Shown here: positions 12,600 to 26,529 of the stretch, in pieces
Numbering within the stretch: position 1 is the stretch's first letter
Layout: each line of letters starts with the position of its first letter
NCBI GenBank assembly: GCA_951406725.2
Contig: OX597817.1
Coordinates: forward strand, 116,188,001-116,252,000
DNA length: 64,000 nucleotides
Origin: Octopus vulgaris
Lineage: Eukaryota
Direction of reading: 5' to 3'
Made by a program: the position numbers and the translations under genes
The notes under the pieces: model-generated
Told to the model about the DNA's origin: nothing
The model's database searches: none
The model's input: the letters and a program-made list of their open reading frames with translations, nothing else

Positions 12600-14360
12600 A
12601 GCCCTATAATCATTAACAAATACATTTTCTACATCTCTATAACCCTTAATTCTTCTTTATGTCTGACCTCTCTTTTATCTACCTTACCTCATCACACTAT
12701 GAGATAAATATTTCCGTCGTCTCCAGCTAGATCCTACACCCACTCCAATTTCCACAACCCACCGTTGCCCTCCTTTAAACGCGTCCGTAACCTACGCGAT
12801 CTACTAGTCCGTAGCACTCTCCCTCTTCCATCCCAGTCCAACTCAGATCCTCCCCTTGTTCTAGATGTCGCTGTCACACCTCCACTTTCATCACCAATAC
12901 CACCTCCCTCGCTGGATCCAACCAGCACACCCTCCACATTAGAAAGTCCTTCTCTTACACTTCTTAAAGCCTTATCTATTGCACTAGACATAATCTCTCC
13001 AATAAACTCTACGTTGGTCAGACGGGCGCCGGCTGGCGGAGAGGTTCACCAAGCATCTATGAGATGTTCGGCTACATACGGACACCCCCTTCGCTCGTCA
13101 TTTCCGCTTGGCTGACCACTCCACCTCTAATATCTCCGTTTTTGGCCTCGTCTTTTACCACGGATCCATATAGTCTAGACTCCGCCTGGAACAGCGTTAC
13201 ATTTTCAGTCTACAAACACAAACTCCATTCGGACTCAACACAACCCCCTCCTCTTAAGGACTGTCTTACACCATCCTTCAAAAACAACCTTTTATCTTAT
13301 TGTATCCTATCTTATCTCCACTCACTTTTTTAAACAGTTATTCTTTTTGTGGATTTTTAATAATTTTTTCAGTCGAACTTTAAAATTTTTTCATTGTATT
13401 AATTTTTTAATAATTGTATTTATTTCTACTTTATCCCTTTAAGTTTTATTTTTTATTTTGTATCTGTTATGTTTGTATTTTTTATTCATCTTTTTATTTA
13501 TTAATTTTATTTTTTCATCGTGTACCTTTCCTCATATTGACCCTATTTTTATCAATCTTATTTTATATTTTATTTTATTTCTGTATACACGCACATATAC
13601 ATACACACATGTACATATACACACACGTACATATACATACATGCGCATACACACGCATGTGCACACACATATACCTCACATATACCTCCCACACAAACCA
13701 CATACACACACACACAACACACACATATATGAACACACATACATACCCGTACATGCACACACACATACACACACGCATACACACACGCACACACACACAC
13801 ACACGCACAAACACGCACACACATGCATACACACATACTTCAAACTGCCAGTCAAACACATTTCTACTGACCATTCATCTACACACATGTGAAGAAACAC
13901 ACGACCACACAAAATACCACCACTTCTGTTACCATGCTGGTGAATTCTTCCTACGGCATTAAGAGACACAGAGGTCACTCACACATACACATACAAAGAG
14001 TCAACACCACACACACAACACAACACACACTCACACAAAGACACACACACACACAGACTCGCGCGCACGCACATGCCCTCACATACACACAGTTACCTCC
14101 TCTACTGTCTTAGAAAGAACTTTTTCTTCACACATTCCCTTCCGGTCATTTCAAAATTTAACGATTTGAAGATCGTTGGGGCTTTTTCCCGTCTTCCTTT
14201 TCTCTTGGACTTTCTATCGCCTCCTGTTTCTGAAGCGAGAAGCGTAAAACTACCTTTTTATTCCTTCCCTGAACATTTGCTAATTACTTGCATGTCCCAC
14301 GTCCTGGCGTTTTTGTTTTTTTTTCTTGTGTTTGTTCCTCGTATGATTTTAGCTGGTGTA
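12600..14360 (+). mobile_element. Penelope-like element 3' portion (degenerate GIY-YIG, long 3' region with CA-rich tract, decayed pLTR)
   Basis: PSFKRVRNLRDLLVRS (12768-12815), then LYVGQTG/RRLAERFTKHL across a frameshift (~13007-13060). A decayed hammerhead-like tttctgaagcgagaagcgtaaaac lies at ~14227. Extending the element beyond 13330 is inference. Confidence 0.7.
13585..14092 (+). repeat. Degenerate (CA)/(TACA)-rich tract
   Basis: Direct inspection. Confidence 0.9.
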
Positions 14361-17344
14361 CCCGGTAATTCCCGGTGGTATAGATGATCTATTGAAACGT
14401 CTTATAACTGATAGAAGAAAGAAATTTCGTTATAACTGCCACAAAATGGGTATTTTCCGTCGCGAAAAAGTACAAAAACTGTCAGCTGCAAGATGGAGAG
14501 AGTGTTGGAGGTTGGTGAGAGAGGTTATCGGCTATAAAAGTGATACTGTGTGTACAAATTAGAAATTGGACACACAAAAGAATCAATATTCAAAGTAATC
14601 AAACACAAACAACGAAACCTGTTAAATACTTCTAAATTCGATGGTTGAACTAGTTTCATGAAAATATCGTATGAACTGTAAATAAGCAATAAATATTATG
14701 ATTTGTAAAATAAGTATAAGTGATACAGGGTGTCCTAACTGAATGTGGTTGGAAGTTTGGTTTCATTTTTTAAAGAATTTTAAGCATTTAAAGTAAGAGT
14801 TCATTATATTGGGACATACTTATTAAATACGTTCTTGAATCAAAAATATATGTACAATCATCGAATAAGTTTACCTGGAAAAATGCAGAATTATCGGAGT
14901 TATGGGCACTGAAATTCTACATGCGTCAAGAAAGTGTAATAATAATTTTATTTCTAAAAAAGGATGGAATTCTTCTGGTTTAAATCCAGTTAAGCAGCAA
15001 TTTGAATACATAACATATGTAGAGGAAGATATTTTCAATAAATTTTCTCTTTCAAAACATAGCTATAATATTTCCAGTACATCTTTCTAGACGTAAAAGT
15101 GAATAATAGATTGTTTGTCTCTAGGAGTACAGGTTGTGTACCTTAATTGAACGGTCACTTCGTACATTGTGAGGTACACACCAAACCCAAATTCACGAGC
15201 CGCGTATGTCTAGTAAACGGGAAGAAAACCAATAACCGAAATAAGAGTATTATTCCTTGATATATTGTGCACACAAAATAACGGCGAATATTTAATATCC
15301 ATAACAAGTCTGTCGTGTTCAGCTTAGGTATTTCAATATAGGTTTTCTCCAAACTATAACAAGTTTGAATACCATCTGCATCTTTAATTACTTTTAGAAA
15401 TCAGTATATTGCAATTCACAACCTACGAGATGTTTTTCAAACATTTTTTACACGACAATTATCTAGAAAGTTTTTATTAAACAATTGGCTCGGGAACAGT
15501 ATTGAAATCAACCAAATATCCGTAGATTTTAAAATTAGAGATATTAATATCCGATAGCCATAAAACAAATTTTGTTGATGCTGACGAAGATAATAAATAA
15601 TGTAAATTCTAAGAGAAACAATATCGAATCTGACAACACGTTCTCTGATTTTCAGAGATAAAAATTCCGTACGAGTCTTTTCAGCTGCGGCAAACGCAGA
15701 GCAGTGTGAAATGAAATCTTATGTCTAGCTTTATTTTACTGTTCTGTGTGAGTGACAAGCAAAGATATGAAAGCTATAGCTAAAGCTATCCTAAAGTTCT
15801 TTTATGATTCATATTAAAAATAAGAAGCTACTGTTAAATAATACAAAATAAAGATATCGAAATAATTTGTCCTAGGTGTACTGAAATCTTTAGTCAGAAA
15901 ATTGGACGACGTTCATAGAAGGAAACAATACTTTTGCGCATTCGACTCTAGTATATTATGGAAGTTTAACTATGTTGAAACGAAAGACAAAAGCGTTACT
16001 AGTAAACCTAAAGCTGTTTAAACTTAAACGTAAATGTAGTTAATCATTTAGTCAGCATGTCCCTTATGCATATATTTATTTAATCAGTATAAACTTATGG
16101 TTCTCTTGCTTTCGAACGCTGTATCAGTAATTTGCAGAATGCTAATAATACGTTTGTAGGCATGTACATATGTGCGTACGCGCGCGCGTTTCTTTGTGCG
16201 TGTGTATCTATATATGCATATATAGACATATATATATACATACATGTATATATATGTACATATGTATGTATATTCATATAGTTATATATACACATGTACA
16301 AACGTGTGCATATGTGCATGACGTGTAGAGTTTAATAGATAATTTAATCGCATGTGTTACAACATTCCTTTCTTTTAAGTTTTAGGAGACACTTCTGAAA
16401 CAGCGTCTGAAAAGAAATAGTACGAAAGCATGATAAATGATAGGTACTTGAAAAGTAAAAAATGGTACAAATGAATACCAGACTTCTATGAACTACCTGG
16501 ATATCTAGACAGAAACAAATTCATTTCATATCACGCATCTTTAATTAAATGCATATTAAGCGTTGGACGAGGAAAATAATCCTATCCGCCTTCATATTTT
16601 ACACGTTCATGTACACACAAACCTGGTATAATATTTCGTGTTGGAAGAGAAATTCTTCTTGAAGACATGTATGAAAAAACGAGAAAACAAGGAGGCAGGC
16701 TATGGATGACGTCATCGGACTGTAGGAGATATACTTCTGCGCTGTTACCATTTATCATCTACATATACCGCGACAGCTAATTTGCTTAGTAAACTATATA
16801 AGCATGTTCTCAAGAAGTAAAACTCTTTGAAATTCTGCCGATAAAATTGTGCCGATAGTGCTCAGACGGGCAAATGTCTGTCTGCCTTTATACATACAGA
16901 CATACATGCATATATATGTGTTTGCGGGAATGTGTGTGTATGTGTGCTAGTTCGTATCAGGTTAGTATCAACTGTCAGAGAAACAGAAATTTATTACCTT
17001 GGTGGAAAATAAATTCATCCTGCTCCGAGTTTCACCTGTAGGCGCACAGACATCCAGGCAGGTTGTAATTATATACCCACCCACCCGTAGTTCATAGAAG
17101 TCTGGTATTCATTTGTACCGTGTTTATTTTTCAAGTACACCCACCCACACGCGCACACATATACACGCGCATCTTTATATATATTTATGCATATATATTG
17201 AAAAAAAAACATGGTATTTTTATACGCAAAACGTATACATTTCCAGATTTGATAACAAGAAATGTTACTTTAATTGAATTTATTTCTATTTAATCTTCGA
17301 TTCAGTATATACCCGAGCACGTATTTCACTTATATCTCACGTAT

Positions 17345-17405
17345 TTATCGCTGAAGAGTGGAAAATTCTTATGAATTAACCCCGAAATTGGGACCAATAC
17401 GGTAA
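17345..17405 (+). ncRNA. Type I hammerhead ribozyme motif, canonical core
   Basis: TTATCG-CTGAAGA-GTGG aa AATTC ttat GAATT aa CCCC-GAAA-TTGG ga CCAA-TA|CGGTAA. Predicted cleavage after A17399. Lies in a segment ending at (TA)n. Confidence 0.8.
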
Positions 17406-17535
17406 TAACGAATTTTTAAGAAATTTCTATCGGTTTCTTTCGAGACGCATAAATTATAATGGTTATTGAGAATTTTTGCCTTTTATTCGACATATTTGGC
17501 ATTAGAATTTTTTCTTCTGCCCTCAGTTTGTAAAT

Positions 17536-17898
<363 letters not shown>

Positions 17899-18233
17899 AA
17901 ATTGCAGCGTGGAAGGTGTTTATAAGCCATTTAAGAAAACACAAAAGCCGTCGATTCACCCAACATTTAAGTTTAATTTGTCAAAATATTTTCGCGTGGA
18001 CTGACAAAGTCCGTGCTGCATCACACGCTGCGATGCAGCACGGACTTTGTCAGTGAACAGGTCGCGGATTTTAGCGACGAAAATATTTTGACAAATTAAA
18101 CTTAAATGTTGGAGTGAATCGAAAGGCTTTTGTGTGTTTCTTAAATGGCTTATAAACACCTTCCACGCTGCAATTGTTTTCGTTTCAGCACACGATCTCA
18201 GATCAAATTACTTGCTATGCGAGTACATCTCCG

Positions 18234-18235
<2 letters not shown>
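17899..18235. mobile_element. Head-to-head inverted pair of pLTR-like fragments (palindrome) embedded in (TA)n
   Basis: 17899-18022 is the reverse complement of 18032-18175 around a 9-nt spacer (acacgctgc). The right arm contains a hammerhead; the left arm has its stem II deleted. Confidence 0.85.
18046..18095 (+). ncRNA. Minimal type I hammerhead motif with G3-C8 core and palindromic stem III
   Basis: TTTGTCA-GTGAACA-G-GTCGC ggatttta GCGAC-GAAA-ATAT-TT|TGACAAA: 7-bp stem I, 5-bp stem II, self-complementary AAATATTT at stem III. Confidence 0.8.
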
Positions 18236-18307
<72 letters not shown>

Positions 18308-18546
18308 GTGTATATATTTATGTATTTATAAATAATCTTTTGTGTTTAATATGTTTCATCATTGCACTGTGTACATGCTGGGACCACTGCCTTGAAGGCT
18401 TCACCTAAAAACAGATTGTGTTTATTATATATATATTTTTATCCAATCGTTGGTACATTTTCTATCGATTGCTTTACCGTAGCACGAAGGAAACAAACGC
18501 AAAGCTACTCATGCACACACATACACACATGTATACATACACGCAC

Positions 18547-18579
<33 letters not shown>

Positions 18580-18645
18580 TAAACAATGAGCTTCTACATA
18601 ATTTCCATCGGCGCTACCAAATTTCCTCCTCGTATCTATAACAGA

Positions 18646-19603
18646 CTAGCAGCATAGCCCGGCGTTGCCCGGGTATGTAAGAGCCCCTAGTAGGCAACTA
18701 CTAATCCCAATCTAGTTCTTTCCCTCTAGGGAACGAAGGCACATGTGTAGGTTGCAATGTCTCCTCTTCATTCGAATACTTCTGAGTATACGATGATCCT
18801 AGCTGTCCCTTTGGACGAAAATATGAAAACATCATTGCGCCTCCCAACGAGTGAACAGCCCACGTAGAGTTGACCGTGGGCGAAGCACAGTTCGCCCAAC
18901 TGTAACCCAGCGACTTGTAGCGTTTGGCCTTGGGATTTATTGATGGACATTGCGAATCAGAGTTTAACAGGAAACTGAGAACGCTTGAAGTGGATTGGTA
19001 GGTCAGCGCCCGACGGTTGAAGGTGCATGCGTGGAATGAAGACGTCCTCTCCCTTCCCACAACCGGTAAGTATTGTGGCCGTTATTAAATATGGTGGCAA
19101 ATGTTTCACAACCAGACGTGTGCCGTTGCACTGTTTAGGTGGAACCAAATTCCTGATGAGCATAATGGGCGCACCGACTTTTAACTTCAGGATGTGTGGC
19201 GGCAGGCCTGGCGGTTCAAGGGAATTCAGGAATTCAACAGGATAATCGGCAAGCTCGGCGGGGTCTGCTGTCCTATCAATAGATTTGTAGACGTGGAAAT
19301 CACCAGCAATAGCTTCAAGTAGCTGGATATTGATGGAGTTGAGAGTTAAAAAGGTCGAGTTGCGTCCCCTAGAATCTGTGGTTTGTGTTTCTGATTCTCG
19401 ACCCCATGTCGAATTTATCGATTTTTTTCAGAACTGGGGGAACTTTTCAAAATTTTCGCTGCGTTAGTTTTGAATTATGACATTGGGCTATGTGTGTGTC
19501 AAATTTCATCAGAATCGGTTGAAAGCCGTGGTAAGGGTGAGGGTACAACCTGACAGACACACAGACACACAGACAGACAAACTGCCGTTTATATATAGAG
19601 AGA
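18646..19603 (-). mobile_element. Non-autonomous Helitron (958 bp) carrying a PIF1 helicase fragment
   Basis: Minus strand begins TCTCTCTATATATAAA after an A and ends with the hairpin CCCGGGCAACGCCGGG, then ...CTAG followed by T (A^T target, no TSD). Confidence 0.92.
18740..19345 (-). pseudogene. Helitron RepHel PIF1-family helicase C-terminal fragment
   Basis: PPHILKLKVGAPIMLIRNL..CNGTRL..GEDVFIPR..FKRSQFPVKL*FAMSINKSQGQTL..CFAHGQLYVGCS, with one in-frame stop. Confidence 0.93.
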
Positions 19604-19929
19604 TGATCACTCAAAGTTCCAAACGGTGAGACTGAACCGGAAGCCACCTCGTTAAAATGCGAGATTCTTAATTACAGGCATGCGCGCACAAAGACACACG
19701 CGCACGCGCGAAGATATATCTGTGCACATATCTATATTTGGTGAGTGTTTGACTCCATCGGATGCACGTGCAGTCGTGTAAGTGCTGATATGTGGGTCCG
19801 ATTCTTGCTAGAGTTAGCTTATCATTTTTCAGTCAAATTGTTCATATATAGATGTCACTTTAAATCGGAGAATATATATTATTATCATTATGTATTATTA
19901 TAGTTATTATGCATATATATATATATATG

Positions 19930-20164
19930 TTTTCTTTTATTTGTTTCAGTCATTTGACTATGTGCATGCTGGAACACCACCTTTAGTCGAGCAAATCGAC
20001 CGCATAACTTATTCTTTGTAAGTCTAGCACTTATTCTATCGGTACCGTTTGGCAAACTGCTAAGTAAACACACATGCATCGGTTGTCAAGCGATGGTGGG
20101 GGACAAACTCAGACACACAAACGCACGCATACACACACATACACATACACACACACACACACAT

Positions 20165-20197
<33 letters not shown>

Positions 20198-20325
20198 CGA
20201 CGGGCTTCTTTAGTCGGCCTCGGGCTATAGTAGAAGACACTTGCACAATGTGCCACGCAGTGGGACTGAACCCGGAACCATGTTGCTGGTAAGCAAGCTA
20301 CTCACCACACAGCCACTTCTGCGCC
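19930..20325 (-). mobile_element. tRNA-related SINE family B, near full length
   Basis: Minus strand ggcgcagaagtggctgtgtggtgagtagc...ggttccgggttcagtcccac (box A/B-like), internal CA/TA tract, 3' gtcaaatgactgaaac. Matches 40308-40560. Confidence 0.85.
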
Positions 20326-20564
20326 TATATATAAATATGTAAATAACGGACAGAGTCAAAACTATTGAAAAGGTTGCAAGACGCAACAAAAATTTTAGGA
20401 CAATAAAAATAAGAAAAAAAGTGGCAATTTTACCGGTGAGTGCGTTACATAATATGGCACAAAAAGAAAATGACTCCCCAGACACAACAGAATATGCTTC
20501 AACACACGAACAAAATATAAAGAATCTTGCAAACCAAACTGAAAAACGAAATACATACATACAA

Positions 20565-20595
<31 letters not shown>

Positions 20596-22668
20596 GTTCA
20601 AATCGCCTAAACAAACAAATTGAAAGCAGTGAAAAGTCCCGCCTGAAAATAAAACTGTTGGAAATTGAAAAATGTCTGCAACTCTCCCATGAAAAAGAAA
20701 AAGCAGACAAAGAAGCCTGGGATATAGACAACATACAATCTAACCCCAGAGCTTTCTACGGGTATGCCAAAGAAACAGCTAGGTGCACTGTAGGATAGAG
20801 CCACTCCTTGAAAAGGATGGCACACTCACAGGAAATCCAATGAGGGTAAGTGAAATACGAAATGAGCAATTCAAGAGTATTTTCACTCCACCCCTAGAGC
20901 ATTTTCAAGTCAGCAATCCAACTGACTTCTTTACCACTGCAGATATAAAATCAGAGGCAGCGATGATTGATTACATCAATATAAAGGAAGACGATGTAAT
21001 TGGCTATTGATGAAAACAAACTCAGCTACTGGCCCCGATGGATTCCCAGCAATCCTTCTAAAAGTATGTAAGAGAGTCCTAGCAAGACCACTGCATTTCC
21101 TCTTTCAGAGCTTCCTTGCAACTGGCAAACTTCCAAGAAAACTGAAGGAAGGTAAAATGTGCCCTATTCATAAAGGAGGTAGCAGAGCGGAGGCCAAAAA
21201 CTACAGACCTATCGCTCTGACCTAACACATCAGCAAGGTCATCGAACGAATAGTCAGAAGAAAACTAATCACCTTCCTTGAAGAAAATGACTTGCTGCCT
21301 GACACCCAACATGGTTTCTGACCAGGAAGAAGCTGCTTAACTCAGATACCTACAACACTATGACTGGCTGCTGAAACGACTGCTCAACCACTCACATGTA
21401 GAAATCATATATTTCGACTTTGCAAAGGCCTTTGATAAAGTCGATCATGGAATGATATGTCACAAACATAGTTGGAAAATTGGTAGAATGGCTTCATGAC
21501 TTTCTGAAGGATAGAAATCAGGTGGTAGCAGCCAATGGAAATGAGGTGGTAGTAGCCACTTCCATTAACACGCAAATAGTGAGCGGTGTTCCGCAAAGCA
21601 CTGTTCTGGGACCACTACTGTTCATAATGGCCCTCTCAGACATGCCCTCAACCACGCAGAGAGCCACGATCACAAGTTATGCAGATGATACAAAAGTTTC
21701 ACAGGCAATACAGAACCCTGAAGACACTAAACACCTGCAATGTGAGCTGGACAAAATATACAAGTGGGCTGAAAAGAATAGCATGCAGTTCAATGCTGAA
21801 AAGTTTCAAGCTTTATGCTATCAGCATCCAAAACTAAATGCAATACCCAATAAATACACTGGACCTGGAGGAATTGCAATCCCAAAGGCACAATCAGTGC
21901 GAGACCTGGGTATTTACATGAGTGATTATGCAACATGTGCATGTTGCTAAATTGGGAATGAAATGTAGGCGGCTGACCGGGTGGATTCTTAGAACCTTTA
22001 GAACAAGAGACCAGGAAACCATGATGGTCCTCTGGAGGACACTTGTCCTAAGCCACTTTGACTATTGCTCACATCTATGGTCACCATCCAGTGTCAAGTT
22101 AATCACAGAACTTGAGGCGATCCAACGAAGATACACGAAGAAGATAGCCTCTGTGCTGTATATAAGCTATTGGGAAAGACTCAAGAGATTGAGACTCTAT
22201 TCCTTAGAGCGTAGGCGAGAAAGATATGCCATAATATACATCTGGAAGGTCCTAGAAGAACTTGTACCAAACGTTGGCATCGAGAGTTACACAAATGCCA
22301 GAACTGGGCGCCACTGCATAGTGCCAAGGACTCCAAATTTGCCATCAAGATGTAGGACAAGATACTGTGATAGCCTGGGCTTCAGAGGCCCACAGCTCTT
22401 CAATATCCTCCCGAAGAACCTAAGAGACCTGCATGGAGTGGATGCAGATGTCTTTAAAATGAAACGGGATCTCATCTTGTCAGGTGTCCCAGATGATCCA
22501 ACTTCACGGTAGGAGGTGCAGATGAGGGCAGCTGCATCAAACTCTCTCATGCACCTGATGGCATTTGCTAAAAAGCATTCGTGAAGTAAAATCATGTAGC
22601 AACACCAAATGGTGGTGCCCCAGCATGGCCACAGCTTGTGAACTGAAACTAAATAAAATTTAAAAAAT
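20596..22668 (+). mobile_element. CR1-group LINE, 5'-truncated, degenerate RT
   Basis: SATGPDGFPA, NYRPIALT, FDFAKAFDKVDH, SGVPQSTVLGPLLF, YADDT, YSLERRRERY. Several stops and frameshifts, A-rich tail. The clade call is from motif resemblance. Confidence 0.9.
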
Positions 22669-23324
22669 AGTTACATATATATACATAAGAAATAATTAAG
22701 ATCCAGTTGAATTAGGTACGTAAGTTCGGCACGTAAGTCAGTTACGTCAGTTCGGTATTGTCCGCCCAGCTCTAAGTTAGGTGAATAAAAAGCAAATAAG
22801 TAACAAAGATGTTCTTCTGCCACTGTAAATTATAGTAATGAATTTAGGTTAATTAAAATATGTTTATAGAATATATCGACTCCTGAAAGAAAATTCACAA
22901 CGGCTTTAAATTTGCCCTAAGTTACCTGTCTCCGTATTTACCAATATACCGGGTAAACTAGAAACACTGTTCCTGGAATTCCACATGGGAACACTCTAGG
23001 TAGATATGGTGTTTTTACACCTTTTAACAAAAGCGGGTATTTTTTTCTCCAGGGTAACTGCAGTGAATTTGCTTTTAAAACTTGAAATACGTCATGAGCA
23101 TATTAAACTTACCTAGTTGTAATTTCCTACCCTCATTGTTTTCAGGAAAAGGACTAACAGTCTATAGTATCTAAACTATTCAAAGTGATAATTTTGTATT
23201 TACCGTTGGACTAACCGACGTGTGGCCGCAATAGTACTTGTCACAGCGAATATATAATTGCTTATTAAAAGGAAAATCTCATAAGCTTAAATAATATCCT
23301 CATTCAACCTGACGCCACGTGCTC

Positions 23325-23325
<1 letters not shown>

Positions 23326-23416
<91 letters not shown>

Positions 23417-23650
23417 GAGAGAGAGACATATATACATGGGTAGGTAGACAGCTGAATACATAAATATATACATATATATAATATACTTTCTCTACATACC
23501 CATATATACATTGTACGTATATATACATAATGTACATACACATATCTGTGTATATACAAACGTGTATGTGCATATGTATATATATATATATACATATTCA
23601 TATATATATATACACATATATACACGCACAAACACTCACACACATGCATA
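23326..23650. repeat. (TA)n and TA/CA low-complexity tract
   Basis: Direct inspection. Confidence 0.9.
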
Positions 23651-26529
23651 TATCTTTTCGTGGATAAATGCTTCATTATATCGTAATAGTGTTCCAGAGA
23701 CAAAGCAGCTAATGAGGCTACAAATTCCGTCAATGAAACTTTTGTTTCAAGATTTATGTCCTTACATTTTCAACTTACCCTCATCCATATCTAATCGATT
23801 TTGTACTGGCAAATGCCAGTTTTCTCAGTTCTCAGGAGATAACTAAAAGTGTAAGAACGCAATTTTGAAACAAAGACTACCATGAAATATACCTTAATAA
23901 AAAATGGCTCATAAAATTACAATACGATATTTAAGTTCGCAGTTCAAAGGCTTCCAATGAGCACAGAAATTCTACAATAACTTGCGTTATATTGATGCTT
24001 GATCTCAGATATAAAGAAAGCGACCATTGCATATCATCAATCAAATAAGATTCTATGTTATCAATCGGTTACAGTTTTCACGGCTGTTTTTGTGAAAGAC
24101 AAAATCGATCAATCATTACTGTCTACAAGATTTCATATCCATAATGCATTATTTCCCAGTTTTATCCATTGCCTCGCATGCATCGTATTCTTATACTTAT
24201 TTTCTAAGAAGTATGACATGAGGATATATCTTTAATACTTATCCAAAATGGCCATGAATAATATAAAATTACGCTAGAGCTTCTTGAACCAATGAACGGA
24301 ATCTTATAAATCACATGAACAAAAAAATACGATATGACATGGCTGAAATAATGTATGACTCAGATACCAATATCTTTAGTTGTCGATGCCAAAGCCATTC
24401 ACTAGATTCTATTTCAGTAGACAATTCTGGAAAGAAATGTAATATTTGACAAATGATAGCCAATAGAAATGTAGTCAACTGAAATGTGCTAGTCTCGTCT
24501 TATCGCTTGTGGAATAAAGGCATTGTATTTTGTAAGTGGTAAAATATAAGACATATTCTTGATTTTATAGTTACTGTTAGAATAAGATATTGTTGTTCAG
24601 TAATTTCCTCGATAGAAAGTACTTTTAATTAATGATTTTCAGTCGTAGGAAGTTATTTGAATGAAATTTGTTTGTCCCGTTCAGCATGTCAACAACTGTG
24701 CTGCAAAGTTTGGAATCTGCTTTTCTATTGGATCCTAAGTTATTCAACATTATGTGAAACATGTTTCTTGAATATATTAAATCTTAAAATGGTATGAACT
24801 GAATTTCAGTAGCATTAATACTTTTTTTCAAAATCTCATTAAAATTGGTTATATAAAATGTATAGAATAAAATTAGCAAAATTTGTTCTTACGTAAAAAA
24901 AAAGACAGTATTTATGCTAGAATCATAAATATTTATATGGTGCAGCTAAATGTTTATTAATACAATGAAACTAACAAACGAATTATAGACACTGTTATGA
25001 GTAACAGAATGTGTCAGTAAACGGAAATTTGATGAGCATATTGGAGCCTATATGGTATTTACATTTACATAAAATATTGTTTTTATACCACCGACGTATG
25101 TGCGACATGATCAATTTACTTTGTAAATATTTTTTTGATAATATTCAGAATATTCTTATTTAGCAATACCGCATAACTAAAATAAACATACATAATTTTC
25201 TGTTGTTAATGATGTCACATCGTTCCGATGTCTATAGGTGATGATGTTGAGTTCTAAAATTTAAAACAAGTATAGGCTTAGTTTACAATAATTACTCGTA
25301 TTTAGTATGTAAAAAATATTATGTTTCTAAGTACATAGACGCACACAGACATACAAACAAACACACGCGCAGACGCGCATACCCACATATTTACATATAT
25401 TCAAATATGAACGCATATGCATGTGGCTGAATAGGTGTATATAATATACTTATATATATTGCTAAAAATATAAAATCATTAGTATTCGGAATTCGAATCT
25501 CGTGTTTCAGTTAAACTAGAAGAATAACACAAATAAAAAAAAAAAGAAAAGTTCAAATTTCGAACGAAAATTGTGTTAAATTTAAAATCTATATTAAAAT
25601 CCAATCTTGAAAAACGGTAAAAATACAAAATAGTTTTCACAAGTTTTCTTGTATATAAACTGAGAAATATTTCTGTTTTATTTACTAGTTCTCGTCTTTG
25701 CAGTTCTACTTAGACAGGGGACGTTGATGTCATTGATATCCGCCGTGAACAGTAAGAAGTCAACATCGACGTGAAAGACAAGATTGGAGAAAGGAATTTT
25801 GGAGGGCTGAGACAAAAGGAACTTTTGGAAGGCTGGGACAAAATGAGAATATTTATGAGTTAAGAGTCCTGAAAGTTTGGAGAAACAAAGGAGGATGAGA
25901 TGGAAGTAGCGAGAGCGTTGTTTGTTTGACCACAGTGATATCATCGGATCAGCAGCTTTATATAAGCGCTTGAAAAGAGGATAAAGCGTGTCTGTTAGAG
26001 GTAGCTTCCGAGATCTTTCTTCATGAAGTCAGTGTGGTGATTACTTTGCGTGAGGTTAATGCGTAAGTATGGAAGATTAGAGGAGAATGAACCATACAGC
26101 TACTGGTTGTTGTTGGACTTCACGGCAAGTGAGTCCTTGGCAAATGGAATGGAGAGAATAAGGTGTACTAACGAACATTGGTTATGTGAATGTTGATAAA
26201 ATATTGGTGATCCAAGAGGTGAATAGAGAAGAGTAAAGACCTTAAGATTGTAGTACCGTTACTGATAAGGTCGATAGACAAAATTCTACCATTGACTGAC
26301 ATAATAATGTAGGTCATCAGTGACTCTGTGCCAGTGTTGTTCAAGAAGTAGAGATTCAACGTTTTGGGCAACCATCATTGTCAATGGCCCTCTTACAGAT
26401 TTTAAAATGCAGGAAAATTCATTCGTTGGACGCAGACTAACAAGTAGGAGTCTAATAGCAACGTTGTATTTACAAAGTTATATATATATATACTACTTTG
26501 AAGTACTTCAAGATAATACAGAACTGTAT

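Larger units (their letters stand above)
18350..19687 (-). mobile_element. Diverged SINE family B copy split by the Helitron
   Basis: 18350-18645 and 19604-19687 are collinear with the SINE B copy at 19930-20325 (catgctgggaccactgcc ... ctataacaga | tgatcactcaaag...gactgaaccggaagcc). Confidence 0.65.

Noticed and set aside
22714-22772. Three ACGT(A/C)AGT words plus CCGCCC, promoter-like
   Set aside because: Short motifs with no associated transcription unit; chance cannot be excluded.
25680-26390. Purine-skewed block resembling a very old LINE on the minus strand
   Set aside because: No diagnostic endonuclease or RT motif could be read; left unassigned.
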